The notes beneath the pieces are model-generated. The model did not search any database. It was given only the letters and a program-made list of their open reading frames with translations, and had not been told where the DNA came from. This document shows, piece after piece, positions 37,092 to 46,654 of a stretch of DNA of 64,000 nt (within the stretch, counting starts at the first letter, position 1; each line of letters opens with the position of its first letter). This stretch comes from a virus, in IMG/VR virus record IMGVR_UViG_3300034103_002265. One strand, given 5' to 3'. A program made the position numbers and the translations under genes.

Positions 37092-37743
37092 TTTAGCAGA
37101 AACATTAAAAGAAAAATTCTCTGCAACGGGCAATTGCTACTCAAGCGAAAAAGATAACGGATGGGATAACTATCTTTATTCTAGTAGTTTATATAGAAGA
37201 GCACATATAGAGATTGTTGATTTTAGGGAAACTCATAAAATCTACATTTTACACAGTACAATATTCCCACATTATAACGATTCTAGTCCAATATGGGGAT
37301 TTGATGCTGTGTGTGGTCCAAATAAAATAACTGGTGCTTTTCATGATTTTAGTAACGGTGGAGAAAATACTCATTTTATGATGAAATGGTTTGCGGAAGA
37401 AACTATGCATTACGGTTGGCGAAAACCTAGAGATTTACCGCCCTGGGCAAAGGCTATTTTTAGCCCAAGCATGATTGCTGCCGGTAATATACAAGAAGGC
37501 GAAGAACTTGACGATCTTTGTAAAATTGCTAATAAAAGTGTCGATTACTATTTGAGTAATGTAGGCACGACCCAAAATTGGCCCAATGACTTTCACATGG
37601 TTCAAAATAGGTATTGTCATTATCAAAAGCAAAATCCCCATGTAGTTAATAGTATGATGGCTATGGGAATACCGGAAGAAAAAATAAAAAAATTCGTAGA
37701 CGAAGTTTTGTTCCCAGAAACAAAAGAACTAAGTTATGCATAA
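37063..37743 (+). CDS. Ferredoxin-dependent bilin reductase (PcyA/PebS/PcyX family)
   Basis: Family-typical regions ...ILHSTIFPHY... and ...FDAVCGPNKITGAFHDFS... Overlaps the end of the heme oxygenase gene by 29 nt. Confidence 0.7.
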   Translation: MTVIWNNIINLAETLKEKFSATGNCYSSEKDNGWDNYLYSSSLYRRAHIEIVDFRETHKIYILHSTIFPHYNDSSPIWGFDAVCGPNKITGAFHDFSNGGENTHFMMKWFAEETMHYGWRKPRDLPPWAKAIFSPSMIAAGNIQEGEELDDLCKIANKSVDYYLSNVGTTQNWPNDFHMVQNRYCHYQKQNPHVVNSMMAMGIPEEKIKKFVDEVLFPETKELSYA

Positions 37744-37774
37744 ATATTAAACTGTTAAAAACTAGGGCATAATA

Positions 37775-38866
37775 ATGCGAGCAAAAGAATTTCTTCACGA
37801 AGTAGACGCCAATGTTGCAAAAGTTCAATCGAATATTGTAGATAAAGTTAACACTATCTTCGATATAGATGAATTAAATCAAATTTATTCGTATGTCCGT
37901 AAAATTGATTTAGGAACTGGTTTTGAGCCTATTTTTAGCAAAGATGAAGATTTAAAACAAATTCAGGGTGTACTCAGCAGATCTATCATTGATGCAAAAG
38001 CCACTTTTGAAGAAAAACTAGAATTTGCTAAAGAAATGGCAACCACTGGAATTATTGATATAAACCAGTTGTTAACTCCGGGTGTTAAACAAAATTTGCA
38101 AAGTGTTGTTAAAACTAACTTTCCCAATATATTCAAGCAAATTGCTTCCGATATCTTAAACATTTCTGGTTCTTTTTTATCGGGAACTAAAAAAACAAAT
38201 AGAGGCAAGGGAGAATTTTTCCTAGCCATTGCTAGCCCTTTTATTTCGATGGCCAAAGGAGCCGGTGATCTTGATATCAATACTGGCAAGAATTCAATGG
38301 CAATAGAAGTAAAAGCAGATTTAGGAAGATTAAAAGGAAGAAAAGGTTACGGAACAACCGACACCGCATATAGAGAGATAAAATCAAATAGCAAACTTTT
38401 TCTAAAAAACAACATAAAAGAACCAGAAGGACAGGTAAACAAGCAGCATCCAGATTTTATTGTTACTTTAGGAGCCAAATCTAATTTTTGGTCTCAGTTT
38501 GGTCCCTATTGTATTCAACATGGTGTTGATCCGGGACTGGTTTCCTCTTTTATTAAAAGTCAACTAGAAATTGTAGTACGATCGTTATATATTAATTTAG
38601 ATCGAGAATCAATGGATAGTATGCTTACATCAGTTGATGAAACAACTGGAGTAGTTGATTTTAAAGCATTATCGCCTGCTGTAAAAGTAGCAGCATTTAC
38701 TTATTATCAACAGTCAGACGGATTTGACGGTTTGTTGTTAATTAACGGTGATTCATTAAATTTTATGTACATTCCAGATGCTACAACTTTCCAGCAGTCT
38801 GCTAGATATGCTAGATTAGGTTTTGAAGTTGGACAACAAAACGGAATGCAAGTTACAATTTCTTGA
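37775..38866 (+). CDS. Hypothetical protein
   Basis: 363 aa ORF. Confidence 0.45.
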   Translation: MRAKEFLHEVDANVAKVQSNIVDKVNTIFDIDELNQIYSYVRKIDLGTGFEPIFSKDEDLKQIQGVLSRSIIDAKATFEEKLEFAKEMATTGIIDINQLLTPGVKQNLQSVVKTNFPNIFKQIASDILNISGSFLSGTKKTNRGKGEFFLAIASPFISMAKGAGDLDINTGKNSMAIEVKADLGRLKGRKGYGTTDTAYREIKSNSKLFLKNNIKEPEGQVNKQHPDFIVTLGAKSNFWSQFGPYCIQHGVDPGLVSSFIKSQLEIVVRSLYINLDRESMDSMLTSVDETTGVVDFKALSPAVKVAAFTYYQQSDGFDGLLLINGDSLNFMYIPDATTFQQSARYARLGFEVGQQNGMQVTIS

Positions 38867-38878
38867 TTAAATACGTTT

Positions 38879-39250
38879 ATGGAAATCCTTGCTCTTTTTA
38901 CATTATTGCAAATAAAGCACTACTATGCTGATTTTGTAATACAAACATATGAACAAACCGTTCGTAAGGGTATCTATAGAGATTGGGTAGGGATCAGTCA
39001 CAGCCTAGATCATTTATCGGCCACACTTTTTATCTTAATAATTTTTAATTTTTTTGTTCCTCTTTCGGTACTAGCAATTTTAAGCATCGCATTGTTTGAG
39101 TTCGTCTGCCATTATCACATTGATTGGTTCAAGGTTCATTATGGATGCAAAGATATGACCAGAGGCCTATTCTGGAACCAATTTGGATTAGATCAACTAG
39201 CACATCAATTGACATATATTTTAATGGCTTGGTATTTACTACTGTTATAA
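38879..39250 (+). CDS. Hypothetical membrane protein
   Basis: 123 aa, hydrophobic. Confidence 0.4.
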   Translation: MEILALFTLLQIKHYYADFVIQTYEQTVRKGIYRDWVGISHSLDHLSATLFILIIFNFFVPLSVLAILSIALFEFVCHYHIDWFKVHYGCKDMTRGLFWNQFGLDQLAHQLTYILMAWYLLLL

Positions 39251-39292
39251 TTTCATACAACTGCTCCTTAAATATTAAGTATAGGAGCCACT

Positions 39293-39751
39293 ATGAAATA
39301 TATTATTGTAACACTATGTATAGTCTCGAGCATGTCACATGCAGCCGAGATAGTTCATCAATTTAATAGTCCCAGTTTTTCTGGTATCGGTTTCTCCAGT
39401 CATGCATTGACAATTTACACACAGGAATTAAGTCGTAAATTATCATTGAACGCTGAAAAGAAAGCCGAACTGCTTAAAGCAGAACAAGACGCAAAAAACA
39501 CTACAATGGCTAAATTTATCTCGAATTTAGAATCGAGAGTATATAATGAATTGGCCAGACAAATTACTGAAAAACTTTTTGAAGGTACAGGAACACAGGC
39601 AACTGGAAAGTTTGCATTTAATGGTGGAAATATCGAATACAAAAAGTTAGGCAGCATTTTAGAAATTACCATTACCGACGAAAACGGTAATATTACAACT
39701 ATGACCGTACCAATTGGTGATTTTGGTTGGTTGGCACCAACAGGAGGATAA
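39293..39751 (+). CDS. csgF: Curli assembly component CsgF-like
   Basis: Signal peptide, then VHQFNSPSFSG (E. coli CsgF: TFQFRNPNFGG). Confidence 0.55.
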   Translation: MKYIIVTLCIVSSMSHAAEIVHQFNSPSFSGIGFSSHALTIYTQELSRKLSLNAEKKAELLKAEQDAKNTTMAKFISNLESRVYNELARQITEKLFEGTGTQATGKFAFNGGNIEYKKLGSILEITITDENGNITTMTVPIGDFGWLAPTGG

Positions 39752-39752
39752 T

Positions 39753-40550
39753 ATGAAAAAATTATTGTTATTAACTTCGGTGCTATTAATTACTACAGGA
39801 TGTGCATCTTTGAATTACACTGTTCAAGGATATGACGAACCTGTAGTTACAAAACCATTTGTAAAATCTGAAGAAGGATTAAAAGGGCCAGCAAATGGCC
39901 AAATACCAGTAGCAGTTTACAACTTTAGAGATATGACCGGTCAACGAAAAGCCAGCCAAACAATTGCTAGTTTAAGTTCGGCAGTTACACAAGGCGCAGA
40001 TGCTTACCTTGTTAAAAGCCTACAAGAAATTGGCGGTGGCAAATGGTTTAAAGTATTAGAACGAGGAGGTTTAGATAATCTTATTAAAGAAAGACAGTTA
40101 ATAAGACAAATGAGAGAACTATATCAAGGAAAGGATGCACAACCACTACCCCCAATGTTATTTGCTGGTATGATTCTAGAAGGAGGAATCATAGGTTATG
40201 ACAGCAATTTGTTGAGCGGAGGAACAGGCGCACGAATTCTTGGAATCGGAGCAACAACTGAATATCGTCAAGATGAAGTTACTATCAGTCTTAGAGCGGT
40301 GAGTGTAGCAACTGGTGAAGTTTTAGTTGCTATTAATACAACAAAGACTGTTATAAGTTTCCAAGATAAGGCCGGAATTTTACGTTTCTATGATGCCGGC
40401 ACTAGGGCATTAGAATTAGAAACAGGAAATGCAACAAATGAATCAATGAATAAAGCGGTACAACTTGCAATACACGAAGCGGTTGTCGCAATGATTCATA
40501 AAGGTGCAGAGAATGGCCATTGGGGCTTTAAAACAGAAGAGAAAAAATGA
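39753..40550 (+). CDS. csgG: Curli secretion channel CsgG family lipoprotein
   Basis: Lipobox ITTGC and CsgG-like body (VAVYNFRDMTGQ...GGLDNLIKERQL...GYDSNLLSGG). Start at MKKLLLL after RBS aggagg. Confidence 0.8.
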   Translation: MKKLLLLTSVLLITTGCASLNYTVQGYDEPVVTKPFVKSEEGLKGPANGQIPVAVYNFRDMTGQRKASQTIASLSSAVTQGADAYLVKSLQEIGGGKWFKVLERGGLDNLIKERQLIRQMRELYQGKDAQPLPPMLFAGMILEGGIIGYDSNLLSGGTGARILGIGATTEYRQDEVTISLRAVSVATGEVLVAINTTKTVISFQDKAGILRFYDAGTRALELETGNATNESMNKAVQLAIHEAVVAMIHKGAENGHWGFKTEEKK

Positions 40551-40718
40551 GTTGGTTTAGACGAACACCTCACTACAAGGAAGAACCAAAACATTTACCT
40601 CATAAAAAAAGAAGCCCGATGGCAGAAGAAATTATTCGACAGATAGAAGAAATTCGGTCAACATCGAATAAAAATCCTATTAATAATGATAAGGATAGAA
40701 AAAAGGAGCGAACCTAAA

Positions 40719-41393
40719 ATGTTAAGAAAGATAAAATTATCTATTCTTGCTAGCATGTTGTTTACAGGTATTGCATTTGCTGATAACTCAGTTTATATAC
40801 AGCAATCTGGAAATAGCAATACTGTTACAATTACACAAGTTGGTAGTACCAATAGAGTAGGTGCAAGTGGAATTGGAAATCAAAGCATTATTAACGGATC
40901 TAACAATAATTTGTCTGTTACTCAAACAGGAGCAGGCAATATGTTAGATTATGATGTTGTTGGTAATGGAAACACAGTTACAAAAACCGTAACTGGAGAT
41001 ACTAATCAAATCACTTTCACCTGCGGCGACGGGACAACTGGTTGTACCAATGTAACTAGCACAATGTCCTTGCAAGGAAATAATAATACAATTACAAGTA
41101 CTTTGAAAGGAAATAGTATTAATAATACATTGAATATTACAGGTGATAACAATTCAGTAACACAATCTATACTTACTAGTCTAAGTACAAGCCAAATTAC
41201 TATATTAGGTGATAGTAATCTTTTTACATCTAGTATGTCAGGTGCTGGTGCAGGTCTAGGTCATAGTTTAGTTGCTGCTGTTACTGGAACAAGCAATAAT
41301 CATTCTGTGACACAAAGTGGAACTGTTAATACCAGTGTTACTATAACAACCACAGGTAATAGCAATACTGTAACAATTAATACTGGCAATTAA
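40719..41393 (+). CDS. Curlin-repeat secreted protein (CsgA/CsgB-like amyloid subunit candidate)
   Basis: Signal peptide, then imperfect repeats of the type SGNSNTVTITQVGSTN / GSNNNLSVTQTGAGN (S-x5-Q-x-G-x-x-N). Confidence 0.6.
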   Translation: MLRKIKLSILASMLFTGIAFADNSVYIQQSGNSNTVTITQVGSTNRVGASGIGNQSIINGSNNNLSVTQTGAGNMLDYDVVGNGNTVTKTVTGDTNQITFTCGDGTTGCTNVTSTMSLQGNNNTITSTLKGNSINNTLNITGDNNSVTQSILTSLSTSQITILGDSNLFTSSMSGAGAGLGHSLVAAVTGTSNNHSVTQSGTVNTSVTITTTGNSNTVTINTGN

Positions 41394-42481
41394 TGAAATT
41401 TATTTGTTTATTATTTTTCTTTTTGTTTTCAACAAACGTATTTGCAATCGGTAAAATTACCGAAGTGCAAGGATCTGCTGTTGAAATAAAAAGAGGAAAA
41501 AACACAATTAAAGGGTCAACGGGCACAACTATCGAATCAAACGATGTTGTGTCCGTTGGATCTGCTAGTAAAATTACTATTACATTTGAAGATAGTTCAA
41601 CTGCAAAAATTTCTGAAAATAGTAAATTAATAATCGACGACTTCGTTTATGATCCCAATGGAAGAAGTAAAAGCAGTATGCGTGTTGGATTAGGAACTGT
41701 TCGAATGGCTAGTGGTGGCATCGCTAAACAAGATTCTAAAAATGTAAACATAAGAACACCTACTGCGGCAATTGCAGTTCGTGGAACAGATTTTGCAATG
41801 ACTGTAGATGAACTTGGTCGCAGTACCGTTGTACTATTGCCAACTTGCAAAAATGATCAAGATGCTCAACGAGTAGAACTTCCTGGAAATTGCACCTGTG
41901 GAAAAATTGATGTAGCGACATCTGCTGGAGTAGTTAGTATGGAAAGTCCGTTTTATGCAACGCATGTTTCTGCTGCTCAAGAAACTCCAACAATTCCGGT
42001 AAGAGTCGATCCGACAATCATGAATGTTAGCGGAGAAGGCAGTTTAAATAAACCGCATCAAGTTGCCAAAGTTGTAGCGGAACATCAAGAAAAGAAAGAA
42101 TCACACAAAGATCGAAGTAAAGCCAGTGCTGATGAACAAAAGGCTGCTAAAGATAGTGGTAAAGAAGTTGATAAGAAAAAAGCAGAATCAGAGAATGATG
42201 CTATAAAAAAGGCATCGGCTGGGGAGTTAAGTGAAATTAAAGTTGCTACAGCAGAAGAAACAAAAATAAATCCTTGTTGGCCTTTTACTAGTTGCGGAAC
42301 TGAAAAAGGATTCAATTGGTATGAACATATTGATCCTTTACGGGGCAACACAATACATGTCAGTACTCTTGAAACAAACGACAACACTACCTACAACATC
42401 AGCGTTAATAATGTTGATATCAGTCAGAAGATAGTAGGCAGTGGAACTAATCACGTTACTATACGACAATGGAACAGATAA
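41393..42481 (+). CDS. Secreted hypothetical protein
   Basis: Signal peptide MKFICLLFFFLFSTNVFA; 362 aa. Confidence 0.45.
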   Translation: MKFICLLFFFLFSTNVFAIGKITEVQGSAVEIKRGKNTIKGSTGTTIESNDVVSVGSASKITITFEDSSTAKISENSKLIIDDFVYDPNGRSKSSMRVGLGTVRMASGGIAKQDSKNVNIRTPTAAIAVRGTDFAMTVDELGRSTVVLLPTCKNDQDAQRVELPGNCTCGKIDVATSAGVVSMESPFYATHVSAAQETPTIPVRVDPTIMNVSGEGSLNKPHQVAKVVAEHQEKKESHKDRSKASADEQKAAKDSGKEVDKKKAESENDAIKKASAGELSEIKVATAEETKINPCWPFTSCGTEKGFNWYEHIDPLRGNTIHVSTLETNDNTTYNISVNNVDISQKIVGSGTNHVTIRQWNR

Positions 42482-44385
42482 TGTTTGGTGCTAGATTAAA
42501 ATATTGGTCTTACCTTTTTGTAGCAGTATTTTTATTACTTTTGAGCAAATTAACATATGCTCAAACAATTAGCAATGGATTAAATTACACTACATATCTG
42601 CCCACATCTGGCGGGTGGACTAGTCCCAACAGAGACTTATTAACACCTTTGACTTCTGGAACAGTATTAAATTTAGATTATAATTGGAACTATGTTTTAG
42701 ACAGCGGAAGAAATGATGGAGTTGTAGTTAAGTTTACAGGTTACTTTAAAGCAGACGCAGCAGGAACATACACATTTGGTATTACAGGTGACGATGGTAT
42801 TGAACTAATAATAAAAAATCAAACAGTTATAAGTTATTGGGCAGATCAAGGACCTACTCTAAGATCTGGATCAATTACTTTAGCAGCAGGAGAAGTAGTT
42901 CCTGTAACAATTTGGTTTTATGAAAACGGCGGGGGCGCTACATTAAGATGGTATCAGCAGATCAACGGAAGTTGGGTAATTGTTCCAACAACTAGTTTAG
43001 CAACTAGCGAAGCCTATTGGGGACCGCAGACTATTTCTACTGCTAATTCTAATATGGGATTCGAAACTAGTACACTACAAAATTGGACTGCTAATAGAGC
43101 AGGAACACAAAATAGTTCTAATTGGGGTTCGAGCGGAGTCGGTGCTAGTGTAGTAACAGGTATAACAAATTTTACACCAGGTGATAATAAAACATGGACT
43201 GTAACACCTTATGGCACATATATGGCTTCTTTGCAGCCCGGTCCTGGCGATGTATCATTTGATCAAATGACCATTGATCTTGGACTAACTTCTGGTGAAG
43301 TAACTGAAATTAAAAATGTTATTGCTGCTCAAGCAGCAGCAGCAGGAGGAGACCCTAATCCTACAGATGCTACATGGTTACGTAGAACAGTATCTTTAAA
43401 ATCGGGTGTTACATATACTATTGCATGGCAATATATTTCAACAGATTACGTTCCATTTAATGATGGAAGTATTATGGTACTGAGACATGCTACTGATGCT
43501 ACAAAGATACCAACACTAAACAATGAACAAAAACGATATGCTTTGTTAGGTTTTACAAATCCCAATACCGGCAATTACAGCGTAGGTAGTTATGGCGCAA
43601 CAGGATGGCAAGTTGCTGTGTTTACTGTGCCCGTTGATGGTGATTATGTTATAGGGTTTAGTTCTTTTAATTTAGGCGATACTGCACTAAGTCCTATTTT
43701 GTTAATAGATGAAATACAAGGAACAACATTACTGAACGGACAACCATTTGCTCCGGTACCACCAAATCCAGGATCTTCTAGTCCCAGTGCAGGACCAGTG
43801 TTATGTTGTGGTGGAAGTGCTAATCAATTTACAGCAAACTCTGCATTCAGTAATAGGGTAACTGGATTTATTGCGAATAATAATGTAGACAATCGAGTTA
43901 TTATTCAACAAATTGGAAATAATAACAATATTACAGTTACACAAAGTGGTAGAAAAAATTACAGTGAAATAGAAATAACAGGGTCTAATAATTCAGTAAC
44001 TACAAATCAAACTAGCAATTCTAATACTTTAGCAAACTACAGTGAATTATATATTTCTGGTAGCGGAAATACAGTTAGTTTAACGCAGTCTAGTACAGGC
44101 GGGAATAAAGGAATTTATGTAACGACAGCAGATTCAACAAATAATATAACTATAAATCAAAGTGGTTCAGGAAATCATTATTCTGAATTAAATTTACTTG
44201 GCGGAAACAAGACTGTTAATATAAATCAAAGCGGAAGTGTAGGGCATATGGCCAAGGTAGAACTAAACGGCGGGTCTACTTCTATTAATGTTACGCAATC
44301 TGGATCTACGCAACAATTTTATTCTATTACTCATAACTGTGCTCAAATAAGTTGTTCTGCCATTACAGTTACACAGGGCCAATAA
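42469..44385 (+). CDS. Secreted PA14-domain protein with C-terminal curlin-like repeats
   Basis: PA14-like GYFKADAAGTYTFGITGDDGIELIIKNQ. C-terminal repeats VTQSGRKNYSEIEITGSNNSVTTNQTSNSN...NINQSGSVGH. Confidence 0.55.
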   Translation: MEQIMFGARLKYWSYLFVAVFLLLLSKLTYAQTISNGLNYTTYLPTSGGWTSPNRDLLTPLTSGTVLNLDYNWNYVLDSGRNDGVVVKFTGYFKADAAGTYTFGITGDDGIELIIKNQTVISYWADQGPTLRSGSITLAAGEVVPVTIWFYENGGGATLRWYQQINGSWVIVPTTSLATSEAYWGPQTISTANSNMGFETSTLQNWTANRAGTQNSSNWGSSGVGASVVTGITNFTPGDNKTWTVTPYGTYMASLQPGPGDVSFDQMTIDLGLTSGEVTEIKNVIAAQAAAAGGDPNPTDATWLRRTVSLKSGVTYTIAWQYISTDYVPFNDGSIMVLRHATDATKIPTLNNEQKRYALLGFTNPNTGNYSVGSYGATGWQVAVFTVPVDGDYVIGFSSFNLGDTALSPILLIDEIQGTTLLNGQPFAPVPPNPGSSSPSAGPVLCCGGSANQFTANSAFSNRVTGFIANNNVDNRVIIQQIGNNNNITVTQSGRKNYSEIEITGSNNSVTTNQTSNSNTLANYSELYISGSGNTVSLTQSSTGGNKGIYVTTADSTNNITINQSGSGNHYSELNLLGGNKTVNINQSGSVGHMAKVELNGGSTSINVTQSGSTQQFYSITHNCAQISCSAITVTQGQ

Positions 44386-44409
44386 ATATAATTTTAAGGA
44401 GAAGCCACT

Positions 44410-44736
44410 ATGAAAAAAATAGCAGTGGCGTTCCTATTCTGCTTGACCAGCACCATAGCCAACGCCCAGGGTACTAGTGAATTTAGACAAGTTAATAAGC
44501 CAGTTGTATGTGGTCCTATAGAAACTATACTTAAACATCTTACAGGTCCCGATGTTCGAGAAATGCCCTTTTGGACAGGAAAAGACGATAGTAGGATAGG
44601 AGAATACATGGTTCTTATTAACCCCAAAGATGATACATTTACAATCATACAATTTTCAGATAAAATAGGATGTATCGTAGGTATGGGAAACAAGAACAAT
44701 TTTTTTAAAATTCAGCAAAATTTACAAAGATTGTAA
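44410..44736 (+). CDS. Small secreted protein
   Basis: Signal peptide ...TIANAQG; 108 aa. Confidence 0.4.
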   Translation: MKKIAVAFLFCLTSTIANAQGTSEFRQVNKPVVCGPIETILKHLTGPDVREMPFWTGKDDSRIGEYMVLINPKDDTFTIIQFSDKIGCIVGMGNKNNFFKIQQNLQRL

Positions 44737-44797
44737 CAGTACTGTAATCTTTCTCTGCTAATATAATTGTAAATAATTTTACAACAAGGAGAAAGAT

Positions 44798-45811
44798 ATG
44801 AAAAAGTTATTTGCATTTATTGCAGCATTTGCTCTAAGTACATTTGCATTTGCATCTGATATCACTGGAGCAGGCGCTACATTTCCCTACCCAATTTACG
44901 CTAAATGGGCAGAAGCCTATAAGAAAGCCACCGGAGTCGGTCTTAACTATCAAAGTATTGGTAGTTCAGGAGGTATCCGACAAATCAATGCTAAGACTGT
45001 GACATTTGGTGCAACAGATGCTCCAGTTAAAGGTGAAGAACTTGATCGACGCGGACAAGTTCAATTTCCTGCTATCATCGGCGGTACTGTACCGGTAGTT
45101 AACCTAGATGGATTTAAGCCAGGCGAATTGCGTATTACTGGTACGATCCTTGCAGAAGTTTTCATGGGCAACATTACAAAATGGAACGATCCAAAATTAG
45201 TTGCAATTAATCCAGGAAAGCGTTTGCCAGATCAAAATATCACTGTAATACATCGTGCGGATGGTAGTGGTACTACGTTTAATTGGACTGATTATCTAAC
45301 AGTGGTTAGTCCAGAATGGGCTCAGAGAGTGGGTCGAGGCGCTGCTGTGAAGTGGCCGGCTGCTAGTTCAGTAGGCGGTAAAGGCAATGAAGGAGTTGCT
45401 GCTAATGTAAACAGAATTAAAGGTTCTATTGGTTATGTTGAGTATGCCTACGTTAAGAAGAATAATATGAATTTCATGTTGTTACAAAACAAATCTGGTA
45501 AGTTTGTTGCTCCGGATGATGCAGCATTTGCTGCGGCTGCAGACGGCGCTGACTGGTTTTCAGTTCCGGGTATGGGTTTGAGTATTGTAGATCAAGCCAA
45601 TCCTAATGCTTGGCCAGTTAGTTCAGCAAGTTTTATTATTATGTACAAAGATCCTGTAAATAAAGAACAAAGTCGTGAAGTCTTAAAGTTTTTTGATTGG
45701 GCATTTAAAAACGGTAAACAGGCAGCATTAGAATTAGATTATGTTCCATTACCAGACAGTCTGACACAACAGATTCGACAGCGTGTTTGGACTCAAATAA
45801 ATAACAAGTAA
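44798..45811 (+). CDS. pstS: Phosphate ABC transporter substrate-binding protein PstS
   Basis: GAGATFPYPIYAKWAEAYKKATGVGLNYQSIGSSGGIRQI. Confidence 0.85.
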   Translation: MKKLFAFIAAFALSTFAFASDITGAGATFPYPIYAKWAEAYKKATGVGLNYQSIGSSGGIRQINAKTVTFGATDAPVKGEELDRRGQVQFPAIIGGTVPVVNLDGFKPGELRITGTILAEVFMGNITKWNDPKLVAINPGKRLPDQNITVIHRADGSGTTFNWTDYLTVVSPEWAQRVGRGAAVKWPAASSVGGKGNEGVAANVNRIKGSIGYVEYAYVKKNNMNFMLLQNKSGKFVAPDDAAFAAAADGADWFSVPGMGLSIVDQANPNAWPVSSASFIIMYKDPVNKEQSREVLKFFDWAFKNGKQAALELDYVPLPDSLTQQIRQRVWTQINNK

Positions 45812-45825
45812 ATCGCCTACAAAGA

Positions 45826-45880
45826 TAGAGTAGGGCTGGAATTCGTAACCAGCAGTAGGGCCGCAAGGCTCTATTTTTTT
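45826..45880 (+). terminator. Long hairpin terminator
   Basis: atagag...ctctat followed by T7. Confidence 0.6.
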
Positions 45881-45892
45881 GGTAAATAAAAG

Positions 45893-46654
45893 ATGCGAGC
45901 AACAGAGTTTATTACAGAAAAAAAACACAAAAAGCAAAAGACAAAACATGCTGCTTACGGACCGGGTCCATATGGATGGTATGGTTTTGATTCAGGATAT
46001 AGCGGTGATGGGGGCGGTATTGAAGAAAGTCAACACGATCAATCAGCAGAAAAATACCGTGAACATTTAATTAAGACATTGCCACAGATAATGAAGTTTT
46101 TTGACCAAGCCGTTAAAGGCTGGAAGCCTTCTGAGGAACAAATGATGGCTGCTATCGAAACTGCTTATACTGTAATGAAGCACACCGGAGATATAAAACA
46201 AGCAGGCCGTGCAATGATGGATGAATTAAACACTTTGCATAGAATGAGTCAGGGTCAGCAAGGTGTGGCGGAAAGTGGAAATAAAAAAGAAGCAGTTCGT
46301 CGAATACAAAAAATGTTAAACAAGAAATTTAATGCTAATTTAGATATTGATGGTATTCTAGGGCCTCTTACACTGCAATCGATAAACAAATTTATGCCTA
46401 GTGCAAAGGTGGGGCTTGCTGACGAGCCGAATAAAACTACATCTGTTCAGGGTAAAACTATTAAAAAGAAAGATATAGAGGAAAACTTTGCTGATGGTCG
46501 AAATCCTCAAGACAAAGGAGATGCAAAGCGACACGGAATTAATACCAAAGCATCTGTAAGTAGCCTACGTAAAACTGCTAAACAAGGTGGTCGTAAAGGA
46601 CAGTTAGCACATTGGTTAGCAAATATGAAAGCAGGAAGAGCCAAGGCTAAATGA
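45893..46654 (+). CDS. Protein with a peptidoglycan-binding domain
   Basis: LDIDGILGPLTLQSINKFM (PG_binding_1-like) and a Gly-rich N-terminus. Confidence 0.45.
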   Translation: MRATEFITEKKHKKQKTKHAAYGPGPYGWYGFDSGYSGDGGGIEESQHDQSAEKYREHLIKTLPQIMKFFDQAVKGWKPSEEQMMAAIETAYTVMKHTGDIKQAGRAMMDELNTLHRMSQGQQGVAESGNKKEAVRRIQKMLNKKFNANLDIDGILGPLTLQSINKFMPSAKVGLADEPNKTTSVQGKTIKKKDIEENFADGRNPQDKGDAKRHGINTKASVSSLRKTAKQGGRKGQLAHWLANMKAGRAKAK

